From an uncultured Candidatus Peribacteria bacterium (GTDB taxonomy: Bacteria > Patescibacteriota > Gracilibacteria > UBA4473), in NCBI GenBank assembly GCA_964344165.1, contig CAYFMH010000003.1, forward strand, positions 1 through 43,315: 43,315 bases of DNA, read 5' to 3'. How positions within the stretch are numbered: the stretch's first letter is position 1; each line of letters opens with the position of its first letter. Both the position numbers and the translations under genes were made by a program. The notes beneath the pieces were generated by a model. It ran no database searches and was not told the origin of the DNA. It saw only the letters and a list, made by a program, of their open reading frames with translations. This document shows, in pieces, positions 35,517 through 43,274 of this stretch.

Positions 35517-35716
35517 GGAGGGAAATTATTGTGGACAAAAATAGAAAAGGAAATACACTCCCATCCGCCTTTATTAGCTCTTTTAAAAATAAAAGTACAA
35601 AATTTGACCTAAGATTTTGAATATAAGGACAGGTCGAATTTTGGGAGGAGGGATTTAGTAATGCTGGAAGGAATTTCGTTAGAAATTTCTGAAAGCATGG
35701 ATAAAATCCCGACGAC

Positions 35717-35790
35717 GGCGCTATGGCGGAATGGTTACGCAGAGGCCTGCAAAGCCTTGTATCCCGGTTCAATTCCGGGTGGCGCCTCCA
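35717..35790 (+). tRNA. tRNA-Cys (GCA), CCA encoded
   Basis: Hand-folded. Acceptor GGCGCUA/UGGCGCC, anticodon stem GAGGC/GCCUU, loop CUGCAAA, T-arm CCCGG-UUCAAUU-CCGGG, discriminator U, CCA. Total 74 nt. Confidence 0.95.
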
Positions 35791-35898
35791 GCTCAGAAAT
35801 GACTCCAATTTACATACTTTGTTATCACAAAGTATTCCAATATTCCGTCATTTCTTCGCTTCAAAATTTAATCTTTAAGGATTAAATTTTGGGAAAAT

Positions 35899-35985
35899 GC
35901 TCGGGTGGTGGAATGGTAGACACGAAGGACTTAAAATCCTTTGCCCTCATACGGCGTGCGGGTTCAAGTCCCGCCCCGAGCACCA
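35899..35985 (+). tRNA. tRNA-Leu (UAA), type II long variable arm, CCA encoded
   Basis: Hand-folded. Acceptor GCUCGGG/CCCGAGC, anticodon stem AAGGA/UCCUU, loop CUUAAAA, 16-nt variable arm, T-arm GCGGG-UUCAAGU-CCCGC, discriminator A, CCA. Total 87 nt. Confidence 0.95.
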
Positions 35986-36005
35986 TCGTCGCTAGAAGAT
36001 TACGT

Positions 36006-36036
36006 TGCTTTCGTCCCGAGGCATCGGGACTTCAGC
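36006..36036 (+). repeat. GC-rich hairpin element, copy 2
   Basis: tgctttcGTCCCGAggcaTCGGGACttcagc. A perfect 7-bp stem, 21 nt after tRNA-Leu. Confidence 0.8.
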
Positions 36037-36044
36037 TACTTCAT

Positions 36045-36102
36045 CTTCGCTCCTCTCAAAATCCAATCTGTCCAGAATTTAAATTAGTAGATTGAATTTT
36101 GG
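36045..36102 (+). repeat. tRNA/tmRNA-flank repeat, copy C
   Basis: cttcgctcctctcaaaatccaatctgtccagaatttaaattagtagattgaattttgg aligns with 13376-13435. Confidence 0.8.
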
Positions 36103-36120
36103 ATCTAATAAATTTTTTTT

Positions 36121-36573
36121 ATGAAAATAAAACTATACTTCTTTGGGAAGAAAAACGAGATTACTGATCGAGAGCAGGAGTTGGTTAAACGAATTGGTTT
36201 TCGGGCAAAGATAGAGATCAATCCGATAGCTCAGGCTGGGATTGGCGATGCCGGGAAAACTAAAAAGATTGAGGCGGAAAAAATTTTGAACAAAATAAGT
36301 GATCAAAGCTTTCTCATTGCGTTTGATGAACGAGGGGAGGAATTTGATTCTCCGGGTTTTTCGAAATGGCTTAAAGATAGATTGGTTGATGAAAAAGAAG
36401 TGATCTTTGTGATCGGAGGGGCGGATGGTTTGGATGAATCTATTTTATCTCGGGCTGATTTTTGTTTGCGTTTTGGGCGGATGGTGTGGACGCGGAATCT
36501 TTTTCGGTATATGGCGTGTGAGCAGATTTATCGGGCATTGGAGATTGATGGAGGAGGGAACTTCCACAAGTAA
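36121..36573 (+). CDS. rlmH: 23S rRNA (pseudouridine1915-N3)-methyltransferase RlmH (SPOUT)
   Basis: VIFVIGGADGLDESIL and MVWTRNLFRYMACEQIYRALEI...NFHK match the RlmH C-terminal knot motifs. Confidence 0.9.
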   Translation: MKIKLYFFGKKNEITDREQELVKRIGFRAKIEINPIAQAGIGDAGKTKKIEAEKILNKISDQSFLIAFDERGEEFDSPGFSKWLKDRLVDEKEVIFVIGGADGLDESILSRADFCLRFGRMVWTRNLFRYMACEQIYRALEIDGGGNFHK

Positions 36574-36578
36574 ATCTT

Positions 36579-36606
36579 CAATCTGCAATTTTCAATTATC
36601 AATGAA
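36579..36606 (+). repeat. tandem heptamer array (CAATNWN)x4
   Basis: caatctg|caatttt|caattat|caatgaa, starting 6 nt after the rlmH stop. Confidence 0.9.
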
Positions 36607-36630
36607 GGAAGTAAAAAAGTGATTTTTTTC

Positions 36631-36684
36631 TTGACTTTTATTTTTTGAAAAATTAATGTGTTAACAAGTTAAAACAATAACACA
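36631..36684 (+). promoter_or_regulatory. candidate promoter plus 7-bp inverted repeat (possible operator) upstream of the TrpR/YerC-like gene
   Basis: TTGACT (36631-36636), a 17-nt spacer, then TAATGT (36654-36659). The inverted repeat TGTGTTA (36657-36663) / TAACACA (36678-36684) overlaps the -10 element and ends 7 nt before the ATG. Confidence 0.35.
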
Positions 36685-36691
36685 ATCTAAA

Positions 36692-36991
36692 ATGATAAAA
36701 AATTGGGAAACACCCGAGTTGAGATCGCTCTTTCAGACGATCAAATCGCTCAAAAACGAAGAAGCAATTGCGGCCTTCATGCGAGACGTGGCGACGATCG
36801 GAGAGCTGACCGAGATGGCTAAGCGATGGGAAGCGGCCAAAATGATCGATAAAAAAGTACCCTACCGAGAAATCGCGAAAAAGACAGGGCTCTCTACTAC
36901 AACGGTTTCACGAGTGGCATACTGGCTCAACAGTGGAGAAGGGGGGTATCAAATAGCAATTAGCAAAGAACATACAGAAACACAGATTTAA
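36692..36991 (+). CDS. TrpR-like YerC/YecD-family DNA-binding protein (99 aa)
   Basis: AFMRDVATIGELTEMAKRWEAAKMIDKKVPYREIAKKTGLSTTTVSRVAYWLNSGEGGY matches the YerC/YecD pattern (...EMAQRW...SYREI...G.ST.TI.RV...G.GGY). The last six codons and the stop lie inside an intergenic-type repeat. Confidence 0.75.
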   Translation: MIKNWETPELRSLFQTIKSLKNEEAIAAFMRDVATIGELTEMAKRWEAAKMIDKKVPYREIAKKTGLSTTTVSRVAYWLNSGEGGYQIAISKEHTETQI

Positions 36992-37019
36992 ATTCTGATT
37001 ACGCTGATTACGCAGATTA
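36974..37019 (+). repeat. CAGATT-type module, copy 3 (overlaps the end of the YerC-like CDS)
   Basis: acagaaacacaGATTtaaattctGATTacgctGATTacgcaGATTa. The codons ACA GAA ACA CAG ATT TAA supply the C-terminal TETQI and the stop. Confidence 0.9.
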
Positions 37020-37055
37020 AAATATAAAAAACAGGTTTTCAGGAACTAAAAACTA

Positions 37056-37099
37056 CCTGTCCTCCGAAGTCCCGAGGACTCGGGACGCAGGGGGAAAAC
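37056..37099 (-). repeat. GC-rich hairpin element, copy 3 (inverted)
   Basis: cctgtcctccgaaGTCCCGAGgaCTCGGGACgcagggggaaaac. A perfect 8-bp stem. It is the reverse complement of the 15678 copy. Confidence 0.85.
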
Positions 37100-37213
37100 T
37101 AACAACTAATTTATGAACTATCTTTACATCAGTTTTTTACACCACTGGAAACTTGGCGCGAGTCAGGAGGATTTTTTTGACCATTGAATTTGGTGAAAAT
37201 CTTATGACTTTGG

Positions 37214-37248
37214 GCCTCTTCTGTTTTGTTTGAAGAGGCTTTTTATTT
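37214..37248 (+). terminator. rho-independent terminator
   Basis: GCCTCTTC (37214-37221), a 10-nt loop, GAAGAGGC (37232-37239), then TTTTTATTT. Confidence 0.7.
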
Positions 37249-37265
37249 CTTAATTTTTTAAAATA

Positions 37266-37691
37266 ATGACAAAATGTGAAAAAACCGGTAACGAGGAATT
37301 AGGTTTGAAATTTGAAAAATATGAGGGGGATCTTATGCCTACTTTTGTTCAAGATGTTGAGACGGGAGAAGTTTTAATGGGGGCGGGGGTTACTCCCGAG
37401 GCACTTAAAAAAACTATAGAAACTGGATTGGCAACTTTTTATAGTCGAACTGAAAATGAACTGTGGACAAAAGGATTAACTTCAGGTGATACACTTTCTG
37501 TAGAAGAGATACGAACAGATTGTGATCAGGATGCATTGCTTTATCTCGTGAGAGTCAATGGAACTGGGGCCTGTCACAAAGAAGGATGGGGAACTTGTTT
37601 TCGACGAGAAGTAGATATGGTGAGTGGAAGAGTTAGTTCTGTTCTTACCCCTCGAAAAAAGTGGTTAAAGGAACCTCCCTTATTCTGCTGA
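37266..37691 (+). CDS. hisI: phosphoribosyl-AMP cyclohydrolase (HisI domain only)
   Basis: FVQDVETGEVLMGAGV, FYSRTENELWTKGLTSGDTLSVEEIRTDCDQDALLYLVRVNGTGACHKEGWGTCF. This includes the DCDxD and CH...C metal-binding motifs of HisI. Confidence 0.85.
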   Translation: MTKCEKTGNEELGLKFEKYEGDLMPTFVQDVETGEVLMGAGVTPEALKKTIETGLATFYSRTENELWTKGLTSGDTLSVEEIRTDCDQDALLYLVRVNGTGACHKEGWGTCFRREVDMVSGRVSSVLTPRKKWLKEPPLFC

Positions 37692-37760
37692 ATTGATTAG
37701 GAAAAAAAGAAAAAGGAAAATTAAAAAGAGGGATGATAAGAAAAAACAAACCTAATTTTT

Positions 37761-38795
37761 TTAAAAAATCTTTCGCAAACTGTTTTCCCAGCAATTTTTC
37801 CAATCATTCAAACTTTGATCGATCAGGGTTTCTGATCCAGAAGTGAGTGAAATTTTGAATTCTTTGGTGGTTTTTCCCAGTTCAATCGCTTGATCCCCAA
37901 ATTTTTTTTCAATTAGTGCTGGATTATCGGTCGTCACAATCACGCCGAGATCCTCACCAAATAAAAATCCTGGAACATCTGCTTCTGGGATTTTTATTTC
38001 CGCTCCGAGTTGGCCTTCGAAGCACGATTTCAAAATCGCGGTGATGAGTCCGCCGCGGAGGATGGGATGGGCGGTGGAGATTTCATTTTTTGCAGCAATA
38101 GATTGCAGTAGAGACGAAACATGTTTCGTCTCTACGAGATCGATATTTGGGATTCGAGAATCTTCTTTTTTGCATACCCGAAGAAATTCTGATCCCCCTA
38201 GGTTTTCAGATCTTTTTCCGATGCAAAATATGGTTTCTCCGGCATTTTGAAAGGCTAATTGTGGAACCGTTTTGGGATCGTCCACTCGTCCAAAGATGGA
38301 GATGATGGCGGATGGGGGGATGGATTTTCCTCGGGTTTCATTGTAGAGGGAGACATTTCCGGAGACGATTGGGATTTCGAGTGCTTCACAGGCATTTTTT
38401 ACGCCCTCTACGCCGGATACAAATTCGCCCATCTGTTCTGGTTTTTCTGGATTTCCGAAGTTGAGACAGTCGGTGGCGGACAGGGGGGTAGCGCCGACAC
38501 AGGCGAGCTTGATGGTGGCTTCGCAGACGGCATTTATGGCTGCGGCTTTGGCATCAATTTTTGCCAGGTTTGGATTGCCTCCTGTGGCGATGGCGACGCC
38601 GGTTTTTGATTTGTCGTCTGGAAGTTCTGGGAAGTCTCGAAAAGGGGTGCAGATCGAGGCAGCGACACGCCCTCGTTCTTGAGCCGTGTTTCCCTGCACG
38701 TTTTTGTCGTATTTTTCGTAAATTGGTTGGGCGCTGGCGATATTGGGTGAGGCGAGGAGTGATTCGATTATTTCTGGTATTTTCATCGCAGGCAT
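37761..38795 (-). CDS. stand-alone homologue of the C-terminal half of FGAM synthase subunit PurL (344 aa)
   Basis: From residue 1 (LLASPNIASAQPIYEKYDKNVQGNT) to the end it aligns by eye with residues ~395-742 of small PurL. ATDCLNFGNPEKPEQMGEFVSGVEGVKNACEALEIPIVSGNVSLYNET is the second PurM-like repeat. No N-terminal half is encoded upstream. Confidence 0.8.
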   Translation of the reverse strand: MPAMKIPEIIESLLASPNIASAQPIYEKYDKNVQGNTAQERGRVAASICTPFRDFPELPDDKSKTGVAIATGGNPNLAKIDAKAAAINAVCEATIKLACVGATPLSATDCLNFGNPEKPEQMGEFVSGVEGVKNACEALEIPIVSGNVSLYNETRGKSIPPSAIISIFGRVDDPKTVPQLAFQNAGETIFCIGKRSENLGGSEFLRVCKKEDSRIPNIDLVETKHVSSLLQSIAAKNEISTAHPILRGGLITAILKSCFEGQLGAEIKIPEADVPGFLFGEDLGVIVTTDNPALIEKKFGDQAIELGKTTKEFKISLTSGSETLIDQSLNDWKNCWENSLRKIF

Positions 38796-38874
38796 TGTCT
38801 TTATTTACTCAAAAAAATCTACCCCTTTTTTATTGAAAAATGAAAGCAGGTAAAAGTCGTCCTAATATTTAATT

Positions 38875-39243
38875 TTAAATTTCAAGTTCTGGAAGGTCTT
38901 CTGATACTTCTGTCCCGTGGTAATACAGTTGTAAACAACGTTTTCCATTTAATTTACAAGTTTTGTCTTTTTGAAAAGAAACACAGACTACATCAAATGC
39001 ACTTGTGGCAGTTCTATCAACAGCTTTTCGGATATGTATAGTTGGGATAAAATCTAGATTATCAGTACCACATCCAGCTTCTTCAAAGCCATCACTTAAG
39101 CCAACTCCATCTAGTATATCATCAAAGCCTTCGGCCCCTTCTGATAATGCATTAACATTCTTTGCATAGCTTAAATCTTCAACAAATGTTCCATTGTCAC
39201 CAAATGGTCTTGGGGCTAAGAAACGGGAAAGTGGTTTATTCAT
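38875..39243 (-). CDS. hypothetical protein (122 aa)
   Basis: ATG-initiated ORF, AT-rich, with no recognisable motif. Confidence 0.5.
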   Translation of the reverse strand: MNKPLSRFLAPRPFGDNGTFVEDLSYAKNVNALSEGAEGFDDILDGVGLSDGFEEAGCGTDNLDFIPTIHIRKAVDRTATSAFDVVCVSFQKDKTCKLNGKRCLQLYYHGTEVSEDLPELEI

Positions 39244-39370
39244 TTTTAAGAATAAGAATTGGGTTGAAAAAGTGATGTAATATTAATTGTAAAATCAACT
39301 TTGTCAAGTTTTTCTTTTTGCGATTTTTGATTTCTTCCTTTAAATTTAACTAAACTTAATAATATAAACC

Positions 39371-40567
39371 ATGAAAAAAATTATTGCCGGTTTCGCTCTC
39401 TCTGCTCTCTTTTTCACCACCGTGCAGGCGGTACCTTTTCATAAATTCAAAGACAAAGATGATATCCCAGGATTTGCTGGGTATGCGGTTCAGAAGCTAG
39501 TAGACCGGGGGATTCTCAAAGGAAACGATGATGGGACCTTCATGCCAGAGCGACCAGTGAATCGAGCGGAATTCTGTAAAATATTGGTTAACGCAACGGG
39601 CGTGGATCTCTATATTCCATTGGAGTCAAGCTTCCCGGATGTGCATCGAGATGATTGGTTCTTCGACTATGTGGAGACCGCCAAAAAAGAAGGTTGGGTC
39701 AAAGGATACCCGGATGGAAATTTCCGACCGGGAAATAAAATCAATCGAGCGGAAGTATCAAAAGTGCTCGTGCGATCTTTTGCTTTTGACGCTCCAGAAG
39801 AGTCTCACGACGAAGCTTGGTTTGATCGATATGTCCGGGTGATGAGAAACAAAAAACTGCTTCCTCACGGAGTGATGCAGCACTTTTTTGGAGAAAAATA
39901 TCCAACTCGGGCCGAAATCTCTGAGCAAATCTTCCGATTTATGAAAAAAACGGGGAAGTTCTCGCCATATGATTTGGAAGATGAACCAACGGAATCCGGC
40001 TTCGCTGAAGCTTCGCCGGACGAGGAAGAGACAGAAGATAGTGATTCGTCAACTCCAGCTCCTTCTACGCCGCCGACCGAGGTGTACGAGTACTCAGAAG
40101 AAGAGGTGTTTGAAGAAGAAGTTTCCACTCTCGGGAAACTCACGCTTGCCAAAAAATCAGGACTTACCAAAAAAGCCACGGTCAATAAATACCAAAAAAG
40201 CATCGCGGCGCATCGTCTGATCGCTTCTACTACTGGAGATCATGTGGAGGTGTCTGGATTTCAATTTAGCCGGATCGGAAACGGATCGTATGAAGACTTC
40301 ACGCGAGCTTGGATCGAAGTAAACGATGAAGCGGTTTCACCGAAGGTGGAATTTACCAACAACATTATCCAGATTGAGTTTGATGATCCGGTGCGGATTA
40401 CTTCTGGAAGTTCGAAGGAATTTGTCCTCCGGGTCGATGTCTCAGGTAAGGGGAGTTCTGGGAATTCTTCTCGCTTTGTGCTCTTTCAACCGCAGTGGGT
40501 TGGGGCCAATACGGAGTCGAAGCTGGGACTTTTTCCGATCGGAGGGACGGATTTGGTGATCAAATAG
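39371..40567 (+). CDS. secreted SLH-domain cell-wall-anchored protein (398 aa)
   Basis: Signal peptide MKKIIAGFALSALFFTTVQA. Two or three S-layer-homology repeats: FKDKDDIPGFAGYAVQKLVDRGILKGNDDGTFMPERPVNRAEFCKIL and FPDVHRDDWFFDYVETAKKEGWVKGYPDGNFRPGNKINRAEVSKVL. These are followed by an acidic/Pro linker and a beta-rich C-terminal domain. Confidence 0.8.
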   Translation: MKKIIAGFALSALFFTTVQAVPFHKFKDKDDIPGFAGYAVQKLVDRGILKGNDDGTFMPERPVNRAEFCKILVNATGVDLYIPLESSFPDVHRDDWFFDYVETAKKEGWVKGYPDGNFRPGNKINRAEVSKVLVRSFAFDAPEESHDEAWFDRYVRVMRNKKLLPHGVMQHFFGEKYPTRAEISEQIFRFMKKTGKFSPYDLEDEPTESGFAEASPDEEETEDSDSSTPAPSTPPTEVYEYSEEEVFEEEVSTLGKLTLAKKSGLTKKATVNKYQKSIAAHRLIASTTGDHVEVSGFQFSRIGNGSYEDFTRAWIEVNDEAVSPKVEFTNNIIQIEFDDPVRITSGSSKEFVLRVDVSGKGSSGNSSRFVLFQPQWVGANTESKLGLFPIGGTDLVIK

Positions 40568-40590
40568 ATTTAGTTCAAAAGGTAAAAGTC

Positions 40591-40638
40591 CAACCTTCTC
40601 CCGATTGGATCGGGATACGGCGGGCAGGAGGTTGTTTT
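40591..40638 (+). terminator. GC-rich stem-loop plus T4, probable terminator of the SLH gene
   Basis: CAACCTTCTCCC (40591-40602) pairs with GGGCAGGAGGTTG (40622-40634), with one mismatch and one G:U. An alternative inner hairpin is CCCGAT-tgg-ATCGGG. TTTT follows at 40635-40638. Confidence 0.5.
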
Positions 40639-40714
40639 CCATGAGTCTAGAAGATTTTTTTGACAATTTTTTGATAATGGTTATTTGTAGTGCATGTTAT
40701 TTTAATTTCTTTTT

Positions 40715-40981
40715 ATGGCGGAAATACCTGAGGATTTGGGGAGCATTTCGGAGAGGATGAGGTTTCTTAGGACGGTAAGGGAATTAGCTCTTGACTTGAA
40801 TGGAAAATCCGATGAATTAACGATAATAAAAGCCCGTAATGCTCTGCGAGCGGCTATCACTCGTGCGGAAAATAATGGAGTAGAAGGATCTCAATTGGTT
40901 CAATACAAGGATTTATTAAAACTCCATGGGGGGATGAGCCGAGAAGAATTACCAGATGCGCCAGAAGCAGTGATAGATTGA
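40715..40981 (+). CDS. hypothetical small helical protein (88 aa)
   Basis: ATG-initiated ORF. No family recognised. Confidence 0.4.
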   Translation: MAEIPEDLGSISERMRFLRTVRELALDLNGKSDELTIIKARNALRAAITRAENNGVEGSQLVQYKDLLKLHGGMSREELPDAPEAVID

Positions 40982-41078
40982 TTTGCAGATACTGTCTCTC
41001 GAGTGGTATCGGGAGAACGTTAAATAGTTGAGTTAGTAAGTTTTTTGGGAAAAAGAGAGTATAAAATAAAGATTTAAT

Positions 41079-41435
41079 ATGGGATCATTGATAGAACTCA
41101 CAGCTAAAGATTTTGATACTACTTTGGAGGGAAATCCAGTGGTAGTGGTTGGTTTTGAGAAGCCGTGGTGTGGGCTTTGTCAAAATTTTAGGAAACAAAA
41201 TCTTCCAAAAGTAGTGAATGAGTTCGAGGAGAAAGTGCTTTTTGCAATGGTGGATGTAGAATGTGATGAAAACCGCTGGGGAGATAATACGGCTTCTCAG
41301 ATGTTCCAAAAAGCTGAATACAAGGGAGGTACTCCTCATGTGGCGGTTTTTCGAAATTCGGAATTATTGGGGACGGCGCTTGATGGACATGTAGGTCAGA
41401 TAAAAGCATTGATCGCACGAGCTCTCGCGGCTTAA
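41079..41435 (+). CDS. thioredoxin-fold protein with WCGLC active site
   Basis: [16 protein letters not shown] has the CxxC in the canonical thioredoxin position. Its 118-aa size is appropriate. Confidence 0.65.
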   Translation: MGSLIELTAKDFDTTLEGNPVVVVGFEKPWCGLCQNFRKQNLPKVVNEFEEKVLFAMVDVECDENRWGDNTASQMFQKAEYKGGTPHVAVFRNSELLGTALDGHVGQIKALIARALAA

Positions 41436-42349
41436 CCAATTTTATTTAGTTCGTACGGAGTCTCCTGGTAGACGTAGTAGTTAAGCCAATTGGTGAAAAG
41501 GAGTGTTGCATTTGATCGCCAGGTGAGGTGTGGTTGATTGATGGGGTTATCATCCGGGAAGTAGTTTTTTGGCACGTCGATGGGAAGGCCTTTTTCTACG
41601 TCACGATTGTATTCTTTTCGCAGCGTATCCAGGTCGTATTCTGAGTGATTGAAGGCAAAAATTTGTGACATTTTTTTATTTTGAATCAGGTAGGGCTTGC
41701 CTTCTTCGGTGGTAGCGAGAATTTCTAGCTCTGGAACATTTTTTATTTCTCGGGGGATACTCTCCGTATGTCGGCTGATCGGGACATAGAAGGTATCATC
41801 AAATCCTCGGAGGAGTTTGGTGTGTGGTTTTGTGATGTGGTGTGGATAAACGCCAAAAAGCTTTTTGGGTAGCATTTGTTTTTCAACCCCATAGAAGTGC
41901 TTGAGTGCGGCCTGAGCTCCCCAACAGATGAAAAAGCTGCAGTACACATTTTTTTTACTCCAATCTAAGATATCCGTTAACTCTTTCCAGTAGGTGACTT
42001 CTTCCCAATCCAGATTTTCCACTGGGGCGCCTGTGACGATCAGTCCATCAAATTTTTTGTGTTTCACTTCATCCCAGGTCTTATAAAAAGAAATCAAATG
42101 ATCTTCCGCCACATTTTTGGCCTGGTAACTGGCGGTCGTCAGGAGAGTGAGATTGACCTGAAGTGGAGAATTTCCGAGGAGTCGTGAGATTTGGATTTCT
42201 GTCTCAATTTTGGTTGGCATCAGATTGAGAAGGGCAATCTCCAGCGGACGGATGTCCTGATGGGTGGCTCGGTGTTCGTTCATCACAAAGATGTTTTCTG
42301 ACTCGAGTACTTTTTTGGCCGGGAGGTGTTCGGGGATTTTAATAGGCAT
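41432..42349 (-). CDS. metA: homoserine O-acyltransferase (MetA family)
   Basis: [11 protein letters not shown]..., [66 protein letters not shown]. The ATG at 42349 is preferred over the track start at 42373. Confidence 0.9.
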   Translation of the reverse strand: MPIKIPEHLPAKKVLESENIFVMNEHRATHQDIRPLEIALLNLMPTKIETEIQISRLLGNSPLQVNLTLLTTASYQAKNVAEDHLISFYKTWDEVKHKKFDGLIVTGAPVENLDWEEVTYWKELTDILDWSKKNVYCSFFICWGAQAALKHFYGVEKQMLPKKLFGVYPHHITKPHTKLLRGFDDTFYVPISRHTESIPREIKNVPELEILATTEEGKPYLIQNKKMSQIFAFNHSEYDLDTLRKEYNRDVEKGLPIDVPKNYFPDDNPINQPHLTWRSNATLLFTNWLNYYVYQETPYELNKIG

Positions 42350-42380
42350 TATGTGAAATTTAAGAGTTATCAAAGAGAAT

Positions 42381-42443
42381 TTTAAATTTTCAATTTTTAA
42401 TTTTTAAATAATTTCTAATATCTAATTTTTAATTTCTAAAGTT
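42381..42443 (+). repeat. nine phase-perfect heptamers in the metA upstream spacer
   Basis: tttaaat|tttcaat|ttttaat|ttttaaa|taatttc|taatatc|taatttt|taatttc|taaagtt. Confidence 0.85.
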
Positions 42444-42447
42444 AAAT

Positions 42448-42473
42448 AAAAAAGCGACCTTTTTGGGTCGGGG
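42448..42473 (-). terminator. weak hairpin plus U6 between the Met-rich mini-ORF and metA (candidate attenuator)
   Basis: The minus strand reads CCC-CGACC-caaaaa-GGTCG-c-TTTTTT. The stem is only 5 bp (42470-42466 pairing with 42459-42455). The U-run is at 42453-42448. Confidence 0.3.
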
Positions 42474-42500
42474 TATTTATTCTTAATCAAAAATCAATGT

Positions 42501-42566
42501 TTACCGCGACCACTCCATTGCTGGAGGCATCATTATAAACATCATCATGACGATTAGATTTTGCAT
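42501..42566 (-). CDS. 21-codon Met-rich mini-ORF (candidate leader peptide of metA)
   Basis: Own translation: ATG CAA AAT CTA ATC GTC ATG ATG ATG TTT ATA ATG ATG CCT CCA GCA ATG GAG TGG TCG CGG TAA = MQNLIVMMMFIMMPPAMEWSR*. Seven of the 21 codons are ATG. There is no obvious SD, but most genes in this window lack one. Confidence 0.3.
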   Translation of the reverse strand: MQNLIVMMMFIMMPPAMEWSR

Positions 42567-42608
42567 TTGATGTGAGGATAGTGAGGGAGATGGATTTTGT
42601 CAAAAGAA

Positions 42609-43274
42609 TTAAACACCTATAGCTTCCCATACTGCTTGGGGCGTGTCTTTCGCACCCAAATGATCAGCAGGGGGCCGTTGTGCTTTTTTATAAGTTCCTA
42701 ACTTTTGTTTTAAGCAGGCTCGAACTGTTTCTAGATCAGTGAATTTATTCGCTTGTATGGTTCGGATAGTTCTTTGAGCCTGTAGAGTTACAAAATGTTC
42801 GGCTTTTAGAGTGCTAGGATCCAAAACTTCTTCGTCGGTTTCTGGGTGTTCTATTGTTGGAGGGAGGGGATTTTTTTTAATGAATTCTTGTCGGTCAGCG
42901 ATGAGTGCTAGATTTCTCTCAACGATATATGCTATTACTTGTTCTTCATCAGGGGAAGCGAACAAAAAAGTGGAAGTTTCTCCAGCTCCTTGGATGCCGA
43001 GAACTTTTGTTCCGTCTTCAGAGACGGCGGTGATTTGGGTGATTGTAATATCAGCAGGAAGGGTGACGCCAGGATAGAGCGAATTCATAGGAGTATTGCC
43101 TCTAGAGTTTCTGTGGTTTACTATGAAGATTGGATCGCCCGGTTTTAATATTCTTTCTGTAGGATTTTCTTGTTTTTCAGTATTTTTATTCATTTTGCAG
43201 ATGGTTAAATTATAAAAAAGTGGTGGGAACTTACTTTTTAAAAACTTGTTGTCAAAAAAATTATTACTAATCAT
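42609..43274 (-). CDS. hypothetical protein (221 aa, or 194 aa from the ATG at 43193)
   Basis: Long ORF with no recognisable motif. The internal start MNKNTEKQ at 43193 is equally plausible. Confidence 0.6.
   Translation of the reverse strand: MISNNFFDNKFLKSKFPPLFYNLTICKMNKNTEKQENPTERILKPGDPIFIVNHRNSRGNTPMNSLYPGVTLPADITITQITAVSEDGTKVLGIQGAGETSTFLFASPDEEQVIAYIVERNLALIADRQEFIKKNPLPPTIEHPETDEEVLDPSTLKAEHFVTLQAQRTIRTIQANKFTDLETVRACLKQKLGTYKKAQRPPADHLGAKDTPQAVWEAIGV

Noticed and set aside
40442-40666. 74-aa minus-strand ORF spanning the end of the SLH gene and its terminator.
   Set aside because: It overlaps a supported CDS and the GC-rich terminator hairpin. Its Arg/Leu-rich composition is typical of a shadow frame.
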